Origin: Candidatus Helarchaeota archaeon
GTDB taxonomy: Archaea > Asgardarchaeota > Lokiarchaeia > Helarchaeales > RDOG01
Direction of reading: 5' to 3'
DNA: 64,000 bases
Assembly (NCBI GenBank): GCA_019058315.1
Contig: JAHPZH010000009.1
Span: 96,001 to 160,000 of the forward strand
Every line of letters begins with the position of its first letter. Position 1 is the first letter of the stretch. Below are positions 1-9,373 of this stretch, piece by piece. The notes beneath the pieces were generated by a model. It made no database searches. It was not told the origin of the DNA and saw nothing but the letters and a program-made list of their open reading frames with translations. The position numbers and the translations under genes are program-made.

Positions 1-2
1 TA

Positions 3-533
3 ATTGCTATAGCCGGTCCGCACGGAAGCGGAAAATCAACTTATGCAAAAATGATTTCAGAAGAATTTAATTTTAGGCATATTACAATAGGTTTAATATT
101 TAGAGAAATGGCGAAGGAAAAAAAATTATCTTTAGAGGAATTCAGTGCTTATGTCGAAAAACATCCCGAAATTGACAGAGAAATGGATGACAGAATTATT
201 ATAGAAGCAAAAAAGGGTGATGACGTTATTATTGATAGCCAATTATCTGCTTGGATGACGAAAGATCTTTCAAAAATTAAAATTTATTTTACTGCACCAA
301 AATCCGTAAGAATTATAAGAATCGCAGCACGGGAAAATGTTTCTTATGAAAAAGCTGAAAAAGAAACTATAACACGTGAAAAGAGCGAGAAAAAGCGTTA
401 TAAAGAATTGTATAATATCGATATTTCAAATTTATCAATTTATGATTTTATTATTAATACTGATATTTGGTCAATAGAATCCACTTTCCAAATTTTAAAG
501 GTAGCTATAAAGGAATATATCGAAAATCAATAG
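3..533 (+). CDS. cmk: Cytidylate kinase (archaeal type), 5'-partial
   Basis: Frame is open upstream of the ORF-track start and reads IAIAGPHGSGKSTYAK (P-loop); precedes L14e-cbf5 as in many archaea. Confidence 0.9.
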   Translation: MAIAGPHGSGKSTYAKMISEEFNFRHITIGLIFREMAKEKKLSLEEFSAYVEKHPEIDREMDDRIIIEAKKGDDVIIDSQLSAWMTKDLSKIKIYFTAPKSVRIIRIAARENVSYEKAEKETITREKSEKKRYKELYNIDISNLSIYDFIINTDIWSIESTFQILKVAIKEYIENQ

Positions 534-558
534 TCAATATTAAGGAGGTTATGTTAAA

Positions 559-837
559 ATGTCTTTATTTGGAGTAGGAAGAATTTGCGTTAAATTAGCC
601 GGTCGAGAAGCTGGTCGAAAATGTGTAATTGTTGATGTAATTGATAAAAATTTTGTGCTAATCACAGGACCCAAATCCGTTTCTAATGTTAAACGTAGAA
701 GGGCGAATGTGAAACAATTAGAACCTTTGGAAATGATCGAAATCTCTAAAAAAATTTCTGATGAAGATCTTGAAAAAGAATTAAAAAAACATAAAAAAAT
801 CGATTTTATGAAAAAAATAGTAAAAATTTCGGTCTAA
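559..837 (+). CDS. rpl14e: 50S ribosomal protein L14e
   Basis: [26 protein letters not shown]-like signature; GGAGG RBS upstream. Confidence 0.95.
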   Translation: MSLFGVGRICVKLAGREAGRKCVIVDVIDKNFVLITGPKSVSNVKRRRANVKQLEPLEMIEISKKISDEDLEKELKKHKKIDFMKKIVKISV

Positions 838-860
838 AACTATATTCTTATTTTATTTCT

Positions 861-1889
861 TTGCTGATTTTTATGGTTGGACCAGATTGGGGAACTAAAG
901 CAAGTAATGGGTTCTTAATAAAATCAAAAGAACCTTCTACTAATTTAGAATTTGGAAGTTATCCAGAGAAAAGAGAAATCAATGAGTATATAAAAAAAGG
1001 ATTTATAGTTTTAGATAAACCATCTGGTCCCAGCTCCCATGAGGTAGCAGCTTGGGTTAAAAAAATTTTAAATCTAAATAAAACAGGCCATTGTGGAACA
1101 TTAGATCCTAAAGTTACTGGAATTCTACCAATGGCACTAGAAGACAGTACAAAAATTATTCAAGCATTTTTACAATCGAATAAAGAATATATTTGTATAA
1201 TGAAAATTCATAAAACAATAGCCCCTGATAGAATTAAAAATGTATGTAAGGAATTTTTAGGTCCAATTTACCAAAGACCTCCGCTTCGTTCTTCCGTTAA
1301 AAGAAATCTGCGTATAAGGCATATTTATTATTTTGATGTTTTAGAAATTGAAGATTCAAAAGTCTTATTTCGTATAGGTTGTGAATCTGGGACTTATATC
1401 CGAAAAATTTGTTTCGATATAGGGGAAATTTTAGGTGTTGGTGCGCATATGCAAGAACTCAGAAGAACTCGCCATGGAAATCTGAAAGAGGATGAAAATT
1501 TAATTACATTACACGATTTAACGGATGCTTATCAATTTTGGAAGGAAGATAAGGATGAATCTTATCTAAGAAATATCATTTTACCTATGGAAAAGGTGAT
1601 TGATTTTTTACCTAAAATTATAATAAGAGATTCAGCAATTGATGCAATTTGCCATGGGGCTAACCTAGCAGCACCTGGAATTGTAAAATTAAATCCTTCA
1701 ATAAAACCAAATAGTTTAGTCGGGATTTTTTCTCTAAAAAATGAATTAATCGCTTTAGGAATAGCAAAAAAGACGAGTAAACAAATATTAGAAACTGATC
1801 ATGGAATTGTATGTAAAACTGAAAGAGTCATTATGGAACCTGGAATATATCCTGCTTGGTATGAATATAAAAAATACAAATCAGAATAA
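861..1889 (+). CDS. cbf5: H/ACA RNA-guided pseudouridine synthase Cbf5 (TruB + PUA); start may be ATG 873
   Basis: LDKPSGPSSHEV, GHCGTLDPKVTG, GTYIR motifs, C-terminal PUA; uninterrupted (no intron). Confidence 0.95.
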   Translation: MLIFMVGPDWGTKASNGFLIKSKEPSTNLEFGSYPEKREINEYIKKGFIVLDKPSGPSSHEVAAWVKKILNLNKTGHCGTLDPKVTGILPMALEDSTKIIQAFLQSNKEYICIMKIHKTIAPDRIKNVCKEFLGPIYQRPPLRSSVKRNLRIRHIYYFDVLEIEDSKVLFRIGCESGTYIRKICFDIGEILGVGAHMQELRRTRHGNLKEDENLITLHDLTDAYQFWKEDKDESYLRNIILPMEKVIDFLPKIIIRDSAIDAICHGANLAAPGIVKLNPSIKPNSLVGIFSLKNELIALGIAKKTSKQILETDHGIVCKTERVIMEPGIYPAWYEYKKYKSE

Positions 1890-1906
1890 TTTTTTGAGAG
1901 CTAATA

Positions 1907-2491
1907 ATGAATGAGCATTATTTTTCAGAATCTCCAACTTCAAAAATTAATTTATTTACTATTAAAACTAATTTACGAAACCAAAATTTTCAATTCTTAA
2001 CAGCAACTGGAATGTTTTCTCCTAAAAATATTGACAAAGGAACTCGGCTATTAATCGAAACAATGGAACTTCCAATAGAAGGTAATATTTTAGATTTAGG
2101 GACGGGATACGGGGTTATTGGTATAGTCACAGCTTGTATTGCACCAAATTGCTATGTTTATATGATTGATCGTAATGAAAGGGCTGTTTGGTTAGCAAAA
2201 GAAAATATTAAAAAAAATGCGATCAATAACGCTGAAGCTAGAATTGGAGGATTAGAAGCTGTTAAAAATATAAAATTCAAATTAATATTAAGTAATCCAC
2301 CTCTTTCAATGGGATATGAAAAACTTAATTCCCTTTTTTCATCAATCCCGGATTATTTCGACCAAGATTGTGTGTTTCAAATTGTTTTGCGAAAGACTCA
2401 TCAGAAAATTATTAGTATGATGGAAAATATTTTTACTAATATTGAGATATTGAAAAAAAAGAGCGGCTATATAATTTTAAAATGTTATTAA
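1907..2491 (+). CDS. RsmC-like class I SAM methyltransferase (MTS family)
   Basis: EHYFSE, FSPKNIDKGT, LDLGTGYG, SNPP motifs. Confidence 0.85.
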   Translation: MNEHYFSESPTSKINLFTIKTNLRNQNFQFLTATGMFSPKNIDKGTRLLIETMELPIEGNILDLGTGYGVIGIVTACIAPNCYVYMIDRNERAVWLAKENIKKNAINNAEARIGGLEAVKNIKFKLILSNPPLSMGYEKLNSLFSSIPDYFDQDCVFQIVLRKTHQKIISMMENIFTNIEILKKKSGYIILKCY

Positions 2492-2508
2492 AAATCAAAA
2501 ACACCTAA

Positions 2509-2610
2509 GCTGGGATAGCCAAGTGGTACGGCGCAGGCCTGGAGCTTCCTTTTAAAAGAAAGCCTGTGATTCTTTGAATCGCGAGGGTTCAAATCCCTCT
2601 CCCAGCGCCA
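2509..2610 (+). tRNA. tRNA-Ser(GGA) with a 16-nt intron at 37/38 (2545-2560)
   Basis: Acceptor GCTGGGA/TCCCAGC, G73 + encoded CCA, anticodon stem CAGGC/GCCTG, loop CT-GGA-G|A after intron removal, long variable arm GATTC/GAATC, T-arm GAGGG-TTCAAAT-CCCTC. Confidence 0.9.
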
Positions 2611-2684
2611 TTGTTATATATAATAAATTTACTTTTAAATAAGAAGATATAAATAAAAAACTATTAATTTAAAGCGTGTTATTT

Positions 2685-2802
2685 TTAACCTACTAGTTCT
2701 ATTTCTATAAAAACATCCTCTGGGACTCTTATCCTCATTATCTGTCTCATTGTCCTCTCATCGGCATCGATATCTATTAAACGTTTATGTAGACGCATTT
2801 CC
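2685..2802 (-). repeat. Tandem duplicate of the last 38 codons plus stop of rps10, synonymously recoded
   Basis: 2685-2801 aligns ungapped to 2810-2926 (period 125 nt); 15 differences in 117 nt, all synonymous; same peptide EMRLHKRL...IELVG*. Confidence 0.95.
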
Positions 2803-2809
2803 GATAATT

Positions 2810-3121
2810 TTAACCAACCAGTTCTATTTCTATAAAAACATCCTCTGGAACTCTAATCCGCATAATTTGCCTCATTGTCCTTTCGTCAGCATCAATGTCT
2901 ATTAAGCGTTTATGTAGACGCATCTCCCAGTGCTCCCACGTGGGGGTTCCCTCACCGCAGGGCGATTTTCTTACGGGAATGATTAATCTACGAGTTGGCA
3001 AAGGTACAGGACCCGCCATTTTAACTCCAGTTCGTGTTACAATCTCGGTTACTTGACTACACATCTCAAGCAATTTTGTAGAACTTGTTGAACTGAGACG
3101 TATTCGTGCTCTTTGTACCAT
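2810..3121 (-). CDS. rps10: 30S ribosomal protein S10 (uS10)
   Basis: [33 protein letters not shown]; follows EF-1a. Confidence 0.97.
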   Translation of the reverse strand: MVQRARIRLSSTSSTKLLEMCSQVTEIVTRTGVKMAGPVPLPTRRLIIPVRKSPCGEGTPTWEHWEMRLHKRLIDIDADERTMRQIMRIRVPEDVFIEIELVG

Positions 3122-3188
3122 TTCTAATTATCACTAATATATTATTTTTTAATTTAAAAATAAAATTAAAAAGAAAAACTTTTTGTTT

Positions 3189-4508
3189 CTATTTCTTTTT
3201 CTCTTTCACTTTCTTTTTAAGGTCCATTACGACGCCCACAGCTATCGTTCTTCCCATATCACGGACTGCAAAGCGTCCAAGTTGTGGGAAATCGCTGAAT
3301 TTCTCAATGCACATTGGTTTCTTCGGTTTAAATTTAACCATGCCACCTTCATTCATTTTCAAGAAATCAGGTTTTTCTTGAAGTACTTGACCTGTTCGTG
3401 GATCTGTCTTTGTCATAATCTCTTCAAAAACACATGCAACTTGTGCAGTGTGAGCATGTACTACTGGTGCGTATCCTTGAGGAAGCACGGTCGGATGATA
3501 GATAACTACAATTTGACCTGTAAATTCGTCGGCTACAGTAGGCGGGGTTTTATTTGCATGTCCTAAAACCATACCTCTTCGTAAATCTTTAACTGGTATA
3601 CCTCGAATGTTAAAGCCAATATTGTCTCCTGGGATGGCTTGTTTGATTTGTTCATGATGCATCTCTATCGAACGAACTTCTGTGGTTATTTCTGGTGGCA
3701 TTATTATTATTTTGTCTGCGATTTTTAATACTCCTGTTTCAACTCTTCCTACGGGAACAGTACCTACTCCACTAATTTTGTAAACATCTTGAATAGGTAT
3801 TCTAAGGTCTTTATCAGTAGGTTTTGGTGGAACTTTTAAATTATCTAATGCATCTACAAGAGTAGGTCCTTTATACCATGGCATTTTATCGCTTTTTTTA
3901 GCTAAATTATCACCAGTCCAAGCACTCGTTGGAATAAATTCAACATCTTCTTTCTTGAACCTAATTTCTTCAAAAAGTAACCTCGAAATCTCGTTTTTGA
4001 CTTCATTAAATCGGTCTTCTTTCCAATCGACTGTAGCATCGTCCATTTTATTAACTGCTACTCTTACTTGTCCTACTCCTAAAGTTCGAGCTAAATATGC
4101 ATGTTCTATTGTTTGACCACCAGCTGAAATCCCTGCTTCGAATTCACCTTTTTTAGCGCTTACTACCAGAATTGCTGCATCAGCTTGAGAACTTCCAGTA
4201 ATCATGTTCTTAACAAAATCCCTGTGTCCAGGTGCGTCTATTAGAGTAAAATAATAGTTCTTAGTTTCAAATTTTCGGAACGCAAGATCGATGGTAATTC
4301 CACGTTCGCGTTCCTCCTTTAACCTATCAAATACAAAAGCATATTTCCATGAGGCTCTTTCTAGTTTTTTTGATTCATCTTCCAATTGACGCATTTCTCT
4401 GTCTGTAATTGCACCTGTCAGGATTAACAAGTGACCCATCATAGTGGATTTTCCGTGGTCGATATGACCTATTATGACCAGATTCATGTGCGTTTTTTTC
4501 TCGCTCAT
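3189..4508 (-). CDS. tuf: Translation elongation factor EF-1 alpha
   Basis: GHIDHGKST, RGITID, DAPGHRDF, NKMD, LGRFAVRDMG. Confidence 0.98.
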   Translation of the reverse strand: MSEKKTHMNLVIIGHIDHGKSTMMGHLLILTGAITDREMRQLEDESKKLERASWKYAFVFDRLKEERERGITIDLAFRKFETKNYYFTLIDAPGHRDFVKNMITGSSQADAAILVVSAKKGEFEAGISAGGQTIEHAYLARTLGVGQVRVAVNKMDDATVDWKEDRFNEVKNEISRLLFEEIRFKKEDVEFIPTSAWTGDNLAKKSDKMPWYKGPTLVDALDNLKVPPKPTDKDLRIPIQDVYKISGVGTVPVGRVETGVLKIADKIIIMPPEITTEVRSIEMHHEQIKQAIPGDNIGFNIRGIPVKDLRRGMVLGHANKTPPTVADEFTGQIVVIYHPTVLPQGYAPVVHAHTAQVACVFEEIMTKTDPRTGQVLQEKPDFLKMNEGGMVKFKPKKPMCIEKFSDFPQLGRFAVRDMGRTIAVGVVMDLKKKVKEKKK

Positions 4509-4709
4509 TTATTCACCTCGCGCAATAGCGCTTATTTTTTTAGCTAACATATATTGCTAGTATACTTTATTAATATAACTAGCATTTAAGAATTTTACAT
4601 TATTCGTGAGGGTAAAAAATATTTTACAATATTTAAGTTTTCTGGATATTATAACAATGGAAATTTAAAATGATTAAATAATCAGCAAAAATTGACCTTA
4701 ATGAGATGA

Positions 4710-5321
4710 TTATCGGGCAGATTGAGCTAATCTTTCGCGTTCTTCTTTCCTTTTTATTGCATGACTTTTAGTATCTCCGTTTGCGGTAAGTATTAGTTCT
4801 TCAGCAATAATTTCTTCTATTGTCAAGGGATTATTGAAACTTTTTCTGAAGCAACTTTCAACAAGATATTTCAATGCAAGATCTACTCTCCTCTGTGGAG
4901 CTATATCTACTGCTTGTTGATAAACTATTCCTCCATAACTTAGCCGCGTTGTTTCTTCACGCGGTGCTGCGTTTTCAATTGCTCTGACTAAGATTTCTAA
5001 TGGATTTCGAGATGTTCGAAGATGCATAATTTCAAATGAACTTTTAATGATGTTAATTGTCTTAATTTTCTTTCCTGAAAGTGAAGCGGGTTGTCTGCCA
5101 CCAATTTTTCTCTTGGAGAGTCCAGGGGTCATTAATCGATTGACAAACCGTTCTACGATATTAAGGTTAGATTTTCTAAATTTCTTATGTTCATGGCGAC
5201 CATGGCTATGACAAGTAAGTGTAGGTTTTAAATTAATATATCTTTCTAAACTTATATCTTTGATTTTTACGTCTTTAACATCCCATTTATCAAAGAATTT
5301 TATATCTTCCATTTTGTACAC
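4710..5321 (-). CDS. rps7: 30S ribosomal protein S7 (uS7)
   Basis: AIENAAPREE, AVDIAPQRRVDLAL, EERERLAQSAR. Confidence 0.97.
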   Translation of the reverse strand: MYKMEDIKFFDKWDVKDVKIKDISLERYINLKPTLTCHSHGRHEHKKFRKSNLNIVERFVNRLMTPGLSKRKIGGRQPASLSGKKIKTINIIKSSFEIMHLRTSRNPLEILVRAIENAAPREETTRLSYGGIVYQQAVDIAPQRRVDLALKYLVESCFRKSFNNPLTIEEIIAEELILTANGDTKSHAIKRKEERERLAQSAR

Positions 5322-5563
5322 TAATATCCTAATTTTAAATTCGCTTACTAATTGTGATAGATGAAAACTAAATATAATTTTAATTGATAAATAAGCCCTT
5401 ACTTTTTAAATTTGACTCCTAAATGAAGATTTTGAAAAAATTTTATTTTAAGCAGTATTATCAGATATACAATTGGGGTATTATTCTTGTAAGATGGAGA
5501 TATTAATAAGTAATATAATCAATTCACGTAGTTATTTTATTTAAAACCATGGAGTAAAACAAA

Positions 5564-5962
5564 ATGTCAAGTGAATTGATAGTTCCTAAATCAAAGTTAT
5601 TTAATAGGGTTTTATCTAAAATTATGGGCAATATTAAGAAAGGTAGTGTTATGCTATTAGATACTAATGGCTTCCGGATTGCTGAGATGAATAGTGATCG
5701 AACATATACAGACCAGTTTTGGGGATCAGCAAATAGAATTATAGATGCTGGAGAAAAAGTCTTAAAAGAATTAGGGCAAAGTAAGTTTAATCAAGTTTTT
5801 GAATCGGAATCATATTATCTAATGTGTGGTCCAGTTAACCAAGACATAAGTTACGCTATTTTATCAACTAAGGAAAAAATGTCCCTTGGAATGCTAAAGC
5901 TTCATGCACAATCACTTTGTAAAGACGTTCAAGACTTAGAACATGCTAAAGGATTTCTATAA
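5564..5962 (+). CDS. Roadblock/LC7 (profilin-like fold) protein
   Basis: Size and pattern (MLLDTNGFRIAE ... ILSTKEKMSLGMLKL) typical of roadblock domains common in Asgard archaea. Confidence 0.65.
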   Translation: MSSELIVPKSKLFNRVLSKIMGNIKKGSVMLLDTNGFRIAEMNSDRTYTDQFWGSANRIIDAGEKVLKELGQSKFNQVFESESYYLMCGPVNQDISYAILSTKEKMSLGMLKLHAQSLCKDVQDLEHAKGFL

Positions 5963-6011
5963 GTCTCTCTAATATTAACCATAATTAATGTAAAGCCAAT
6001 TTAACGTATTT

Positions 6012-6848
6012 TTAATCTGTCATTTGCTTTTTACATTGAGGGCAATAAATAGTTGATGGAGGGGATTGAAAATTACAATTAGAACAAGTTTTCCATGTAG
6101 GATACCAATTGAACAAATTCAAAATTAGTTTTTCATTATCTTTTGCTGGAATTCCTGACTTTTGATCATCAGTTAATAAAGCTTCACTACCTAATGCTGC
6201 TACTTTTCCTTTTCCATATTTAGTTATGCCCAAAACTGGAACACATGGTGGATTTGAAGTGGTATTAGAGAAAATTACGGGTTCTGCATTTAATGTAAGT
6301 GTTAAAGAGGCTGAACGGGGAAAAACCACATTGTATACATTTTTAGTAATAGGATGGTCTAACATAAGATTTAATAAAGGTGCCCAAGACCAAGTATCAG
6401 TGTCGGGATTAGCATGCATCTTCTTATCTTCTACAACATCATGAAAACTCAGACCAAACATGTTAGTTAATGCAAAGTTAAAATCTTTTTCAGTACCAAC
6501 ATACTCATTACCAACTAATAGCAACCCACGTCCTTCTTGTACAAATTGCCCTAAAGTTCGTAACTCGGTTGGTGTAAGAGTTGATGCACCAGTAGAACTC
6601 GCACCCATGACAAAAATATCAAATTCACGGAGAGCGGTATAATTTATCGGACCCTGAGTAAGTTTATTTACTGTAAAATTATTACTAGTTAAAATTAAAA
6701 GAAATCTTGAGCGCAGATCATTAACCCATTTATTTGGTTCCCGAGATTCATCAAATAAAACACGTAATTGTGGTCTTTTTACCTCTGATATCTCTTTTTT
6801 TTCCTCTTTTGCAGCAAAAAGTGGAATTTTTTGCTTATGAAGTACCAA
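6012..6848 (-). CDS. GIFT/DUF4350 (GldG/IFT52-like) domain protein with C-terminal zinc ribbon
   Basis: VLFDESRE, FVQEGRGLLLVG, YGKGKVAALGS...DNEKLILNLFNW; CxxC-x10-CxxC tail. Confidence 0.6.
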   Translation of the reverse strand: MVLHKQKIPLFAAKEEKKEISEVKRPQLRVLFDESREPNKWVNDLRSRFLLILTSNNFTVNKLTQGPINYTALREFDIFVMGASSTGASTLTPTELRTLGQFVQEGRGLLLVGNEYVGTEKDFNFALTNMFGLSFHDVVEDKKMHANPDTDTWSWAPLLNLMLDHPITKNVYNVVFPRSASLTLTLNAEPVIFSNTTSNPPCVPVLGITKYGKGKVAALGSEALLTDDQKSGIPAKDNEKLILNLFNWYPTWKTCSNCNFQSPPSTIYCPQCKKQMTD

Positions 6849-6909
6849 TTTTCAAAAACTCCAAAATAGTCAATCCATTACAAATTTAATAAGTTCCCTT
6901 TAATTAATC

Positions 6910-7926
6910 TTATTTTTCATGAAGTATGGCATATATTTTTAGGGGTTTTGCCATTTCTTTATTGATGATTAAAATTGACTCCTTATTTTGAATTCCAATT
7001 TTATTCAATTTGACATTATCATTCCGTATTATACCTTTTACAATAACCTTCATTGGTTCTTTAATGTCTAAAGTCATAATTAATCTATCTTTTAGGTCTC
7101 TAACTGTATCTCGTGGATCTACAGAAAAATCTACGCCCTTAATCCTATTTTTACCACAAACAATGCAATTTGAATTTTGATTTAACTTCATTAATGTAAA
7201 AGTCTGTGATAATCCATCATAGAACAAAAAATTATCTAACAATTTTCCTACTCCTAGGATTAATTTAACCGTTTCTTGTGCTTGAATTCCTCCTATGATT
7301 GTAGAAATAGTTAAAAGCGAGGGCATTTTAGGTGCTTTTTTAACTTTTTTGGTCTTTTTCCGTTTTTTTCCTGGAGGTGTACACGGTTTCTGTAATCTTT
7401 CTTGCGGTAGGAGTGGTTGACAATCGAGACAAGGAGTTTTAAATGGAATTACTACTTGTACATTTCCAAGCCAACCATACATTCCTCCATGAACGAGTGG
7501 TTTATTCTTATCTACACTTATAGAATTCAACCACCTTCTAGCTTCAAAAGTATCTAAACCATCAACTATTACATCAGACTCTTCATAGATTTTAGGATTA
7601 ACTTCCTGAATTTCTTTATTGAATGCAATAATTTCTACATCTGGATTTAAATCAATCAAATATTTTTGAGCTACTGTAACCTTTGATTTATTAATATCAG
7701 ATTCTTGAAAAAGCATCTGTCTAGATAAATTGGATTTTTCAATAGTATCAAAATCACAAATAATTAATTTACCAATACCCATTAAAACAAGGTCTAATGC
7801 AACAACACATCCAAGAGCACCCATACCTGCAATAAAAACTTTTCCATTTCGGATCTTTTGTTGATCCCACTCTTTTAATAGGATTTGCCGTTCATATCTA
7901 CTTTCTTTTCTTGCTTTTTTTGGCAA
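6910..7926 (-). CDS. Ubiquitin-activating E1-like enzyme (ThiF/UBA) with C-terminal ubiquitin-fold domain
   Basis: RYERQ, GMGALG, DFDTIEKSNLSRQ, TPCLDC...PCT (catalytic Cys), second CxxC, beta-grasp-like tail DTVRDLKDRL. Confidence 0.88.
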   Translation of the reverse strand: MPKKARKESRYERQILLKEWDQQKIRNGKVFIAGMGALGCVVALDLVLMGIGKLIICDFDTIEKSNLSRQMLFQESDINKSKVTVAQKYLIDLNPDVEIIAFNKEIQEVNPKIYEESDVIVDGLDTFEARRWLNSISVDKNKPLVHGGMYGWLGNVQVVIPFKTPCLDCQPLLPQERLQKPCTPPGKKRKKTKKVKKAPKMPSLLTISTIIGGIQAQETVKLILGVGKLLDNFLFYDGLSQTFTLMKLNQNSNCIVCGKNRIKGVDFSVDPRDTVRDLKDRLIMTLDIKEPMKVIVKGIIRNDNVKLNKIGIQNKESILIINKEMAKPLKIYAILHEK

Positions 7927-8107
7927 ATGTTCAACCCCTAAAGAAGAAAACTTATATTTTATGTTAAAAATCTAAATGTTGAAAATATATTTAACTTATT
8001 TATTCTAAGAGTTTAATGCTTAAAATAATCAGATTTTTTATAATAAATCAATGGCAAAACAAATTATGGAAGAATTTTCAAATTTAAATCCTATCTAAAT
8101 AAAAACC

Positions 8108-8578
8108 TTGGTGCAATCAATGCTCAGTGAAGAAGACTTCTATTCAAGGTTAGCAATAGAAGCAAAGATGATGGAAGAAGAAGAACCATCATTCAAACCA
8201 GTTGAAGGAGATTTAAAACGTTGGAAAGGTTTTATTTTAGGGACTAAAATATATGAAGGAGGAGTATTTGAAATAGAATTAATAGTTACTCGTAAATTTC
8301 CTTATATCCCTCCAAAGATTAGATGGTTAACTCCTGTCTGGCACCCAAATATAAGGGGAGAAAAGGTATGTGTAGGGATTTTGGGTAAAGATTGGAGTCC
8401 AACTATGAGTCTTACAGGAGTAGTAGAAGCACTAAGAAATCTGCTAAATTTTCCAAATCCGAATGATCCATTGAACAGAACAGCATCCCAGCAAATGAAA
8501 AGGCAGCCAAAGAAATTTGAACGCATAGTAAAGGAATATATCGAGAAAGAAGCGACGTGGGATCGAATTAAACAATAA
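8108..8578 (+). CDS. Ubiquitin-conjugating enzyme E2
   Basis: FPYIPPK, WHPNI...VCVGIL catalytic Cys, DWSP, PNPNDPLN. Confidence 0.93.
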   Translation: MVQSMLSEEDFYSRLAIEAKMMEEEEPSFKPVEGDLKRWKGFILGTKIYEGGVFEIELIVTRKFPYIPPKIRWLTPVWHPNIRGEKVCVGILGKDWSPTMSLTGVVEALRNLLNFPNPNDPLNRTASQQMKRQPKKFERIVKEYIEKEATWDRIKQ

Positions 8579-8621
8579 TTTTTAAAAATTTTATTAAATT
8601 AAGAAAAAAATTGATATTTAA

Positions 8622-8867
8622 TTATCCGCCTTCAGTTCTAGTGATTAAATAAAGTTTATCTAATTCACCAGCACCAATTTCTTTTAAAGTTTGATTTTCA
8701 TTTCTAATTTCACTACCACGAAATGCAAGGACAAAAATATTCGAGGGAATTCTTTTTCTTCGAGAAATTTCATTTTTAATTTGTTGGATTGATGTGTCAG
8801 GATTTAGATTCAGTTCTGTAACATCTCCTCCAATAGCAGAAACGACTTTAACTAACATATATCTCAC
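8622..8867 (-). CDS. Ubiquitin-like protein with free C-terminal GG
   Basis: About 80 aa beta-grasp pattern (DTSIQQIKNEI, LAFRGSEI, QTLKEIG), ends TEGG; lies between E2 and RING. Confidence 0.88.
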   Translation of the reverse strand: MRYMLVKVVSAIGGDVTELNLNPDTSIQQIKNEISRRKRIPSNIFVLAFRGSEIRNENQTLKEIGAGELDKLYLITRTEGG

Positions 8868-9003
8868 CCATTATGATTTTTTTAAATATTTTTTCAAATT
8901 TTATTATCATTTTCAAATTTTATACTTTTATTCAGTTTATTATATGAAAAAATAAAATAAATGGTTTTTGTAGTCGGCAACTAATTTAGATCATTTAAAC
9001 ACA

Positions 9004-9267
9004 TTAGATCGATAAAATATCAGATTGGCTTAAATTCTTACGACAAAGAGGACAAATTCCTTTTAATTTTATCCACTCTATAAGATGGTTTTCATGAGCT
9101 GGATTCCTACAATGCGGACAATATACTTTTTCATTTTTTTCTTCATCTTTAATTGGAAGAGCACATACCATACATTTTTCTACGATATTCCAATTCCATT
9201 CCCCGAGAAAAGTTGTTTTACCTATGATAAAACGGTCCCAATTTTTTTTATGCATAATACGAACCAT
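9004..9267 (-). CDS. Small RING-finger E3 ligase, Rbx1/Apc11-like N-terminus
   Basis: CxxC...CPHC-x4-H-x2-H...W...CPLC; RFxxxKxxxLxxWxWNIV before the RING. Confidence 0.8.
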   Translation of the reverse strand: MVRIMHKKNWDRFIIGKTTFLGEWNWNIVEKCMVCALPIKDEEKNEKVYCPHCRNPAHENHLIEWIKLKGICPLCRKNLSQSDILSI

Positions 9268-9373
9268 TTATTTTGTTTTTCCAGTTTTATTTAATAAATT
9301 ATTAAATAAATATTTTAAATTAAAGGAATAATTCGAGTATTGAATAAATTGATCTTAGTAATGTGATATTTTT

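Noticed and set aside
1080-1115. Intron in cbf5 at the site known from Crenarchaeota
   Set aside because: GHCGTLDP is encoded without interruption.
2802-2927. First rps10 3' copy as a 125-nt BHB intron
   Set aside because: The best helix (CTGG/TCGG) needs two wobbles and its canonical cut shifts the frame; no convincing in-register BHB was found.
2685-2927. DGR template/variable repeat pair
   Set aside because: Differences are not adenine-specific, all are synonymous, and no reverse transcriptase is in the window.
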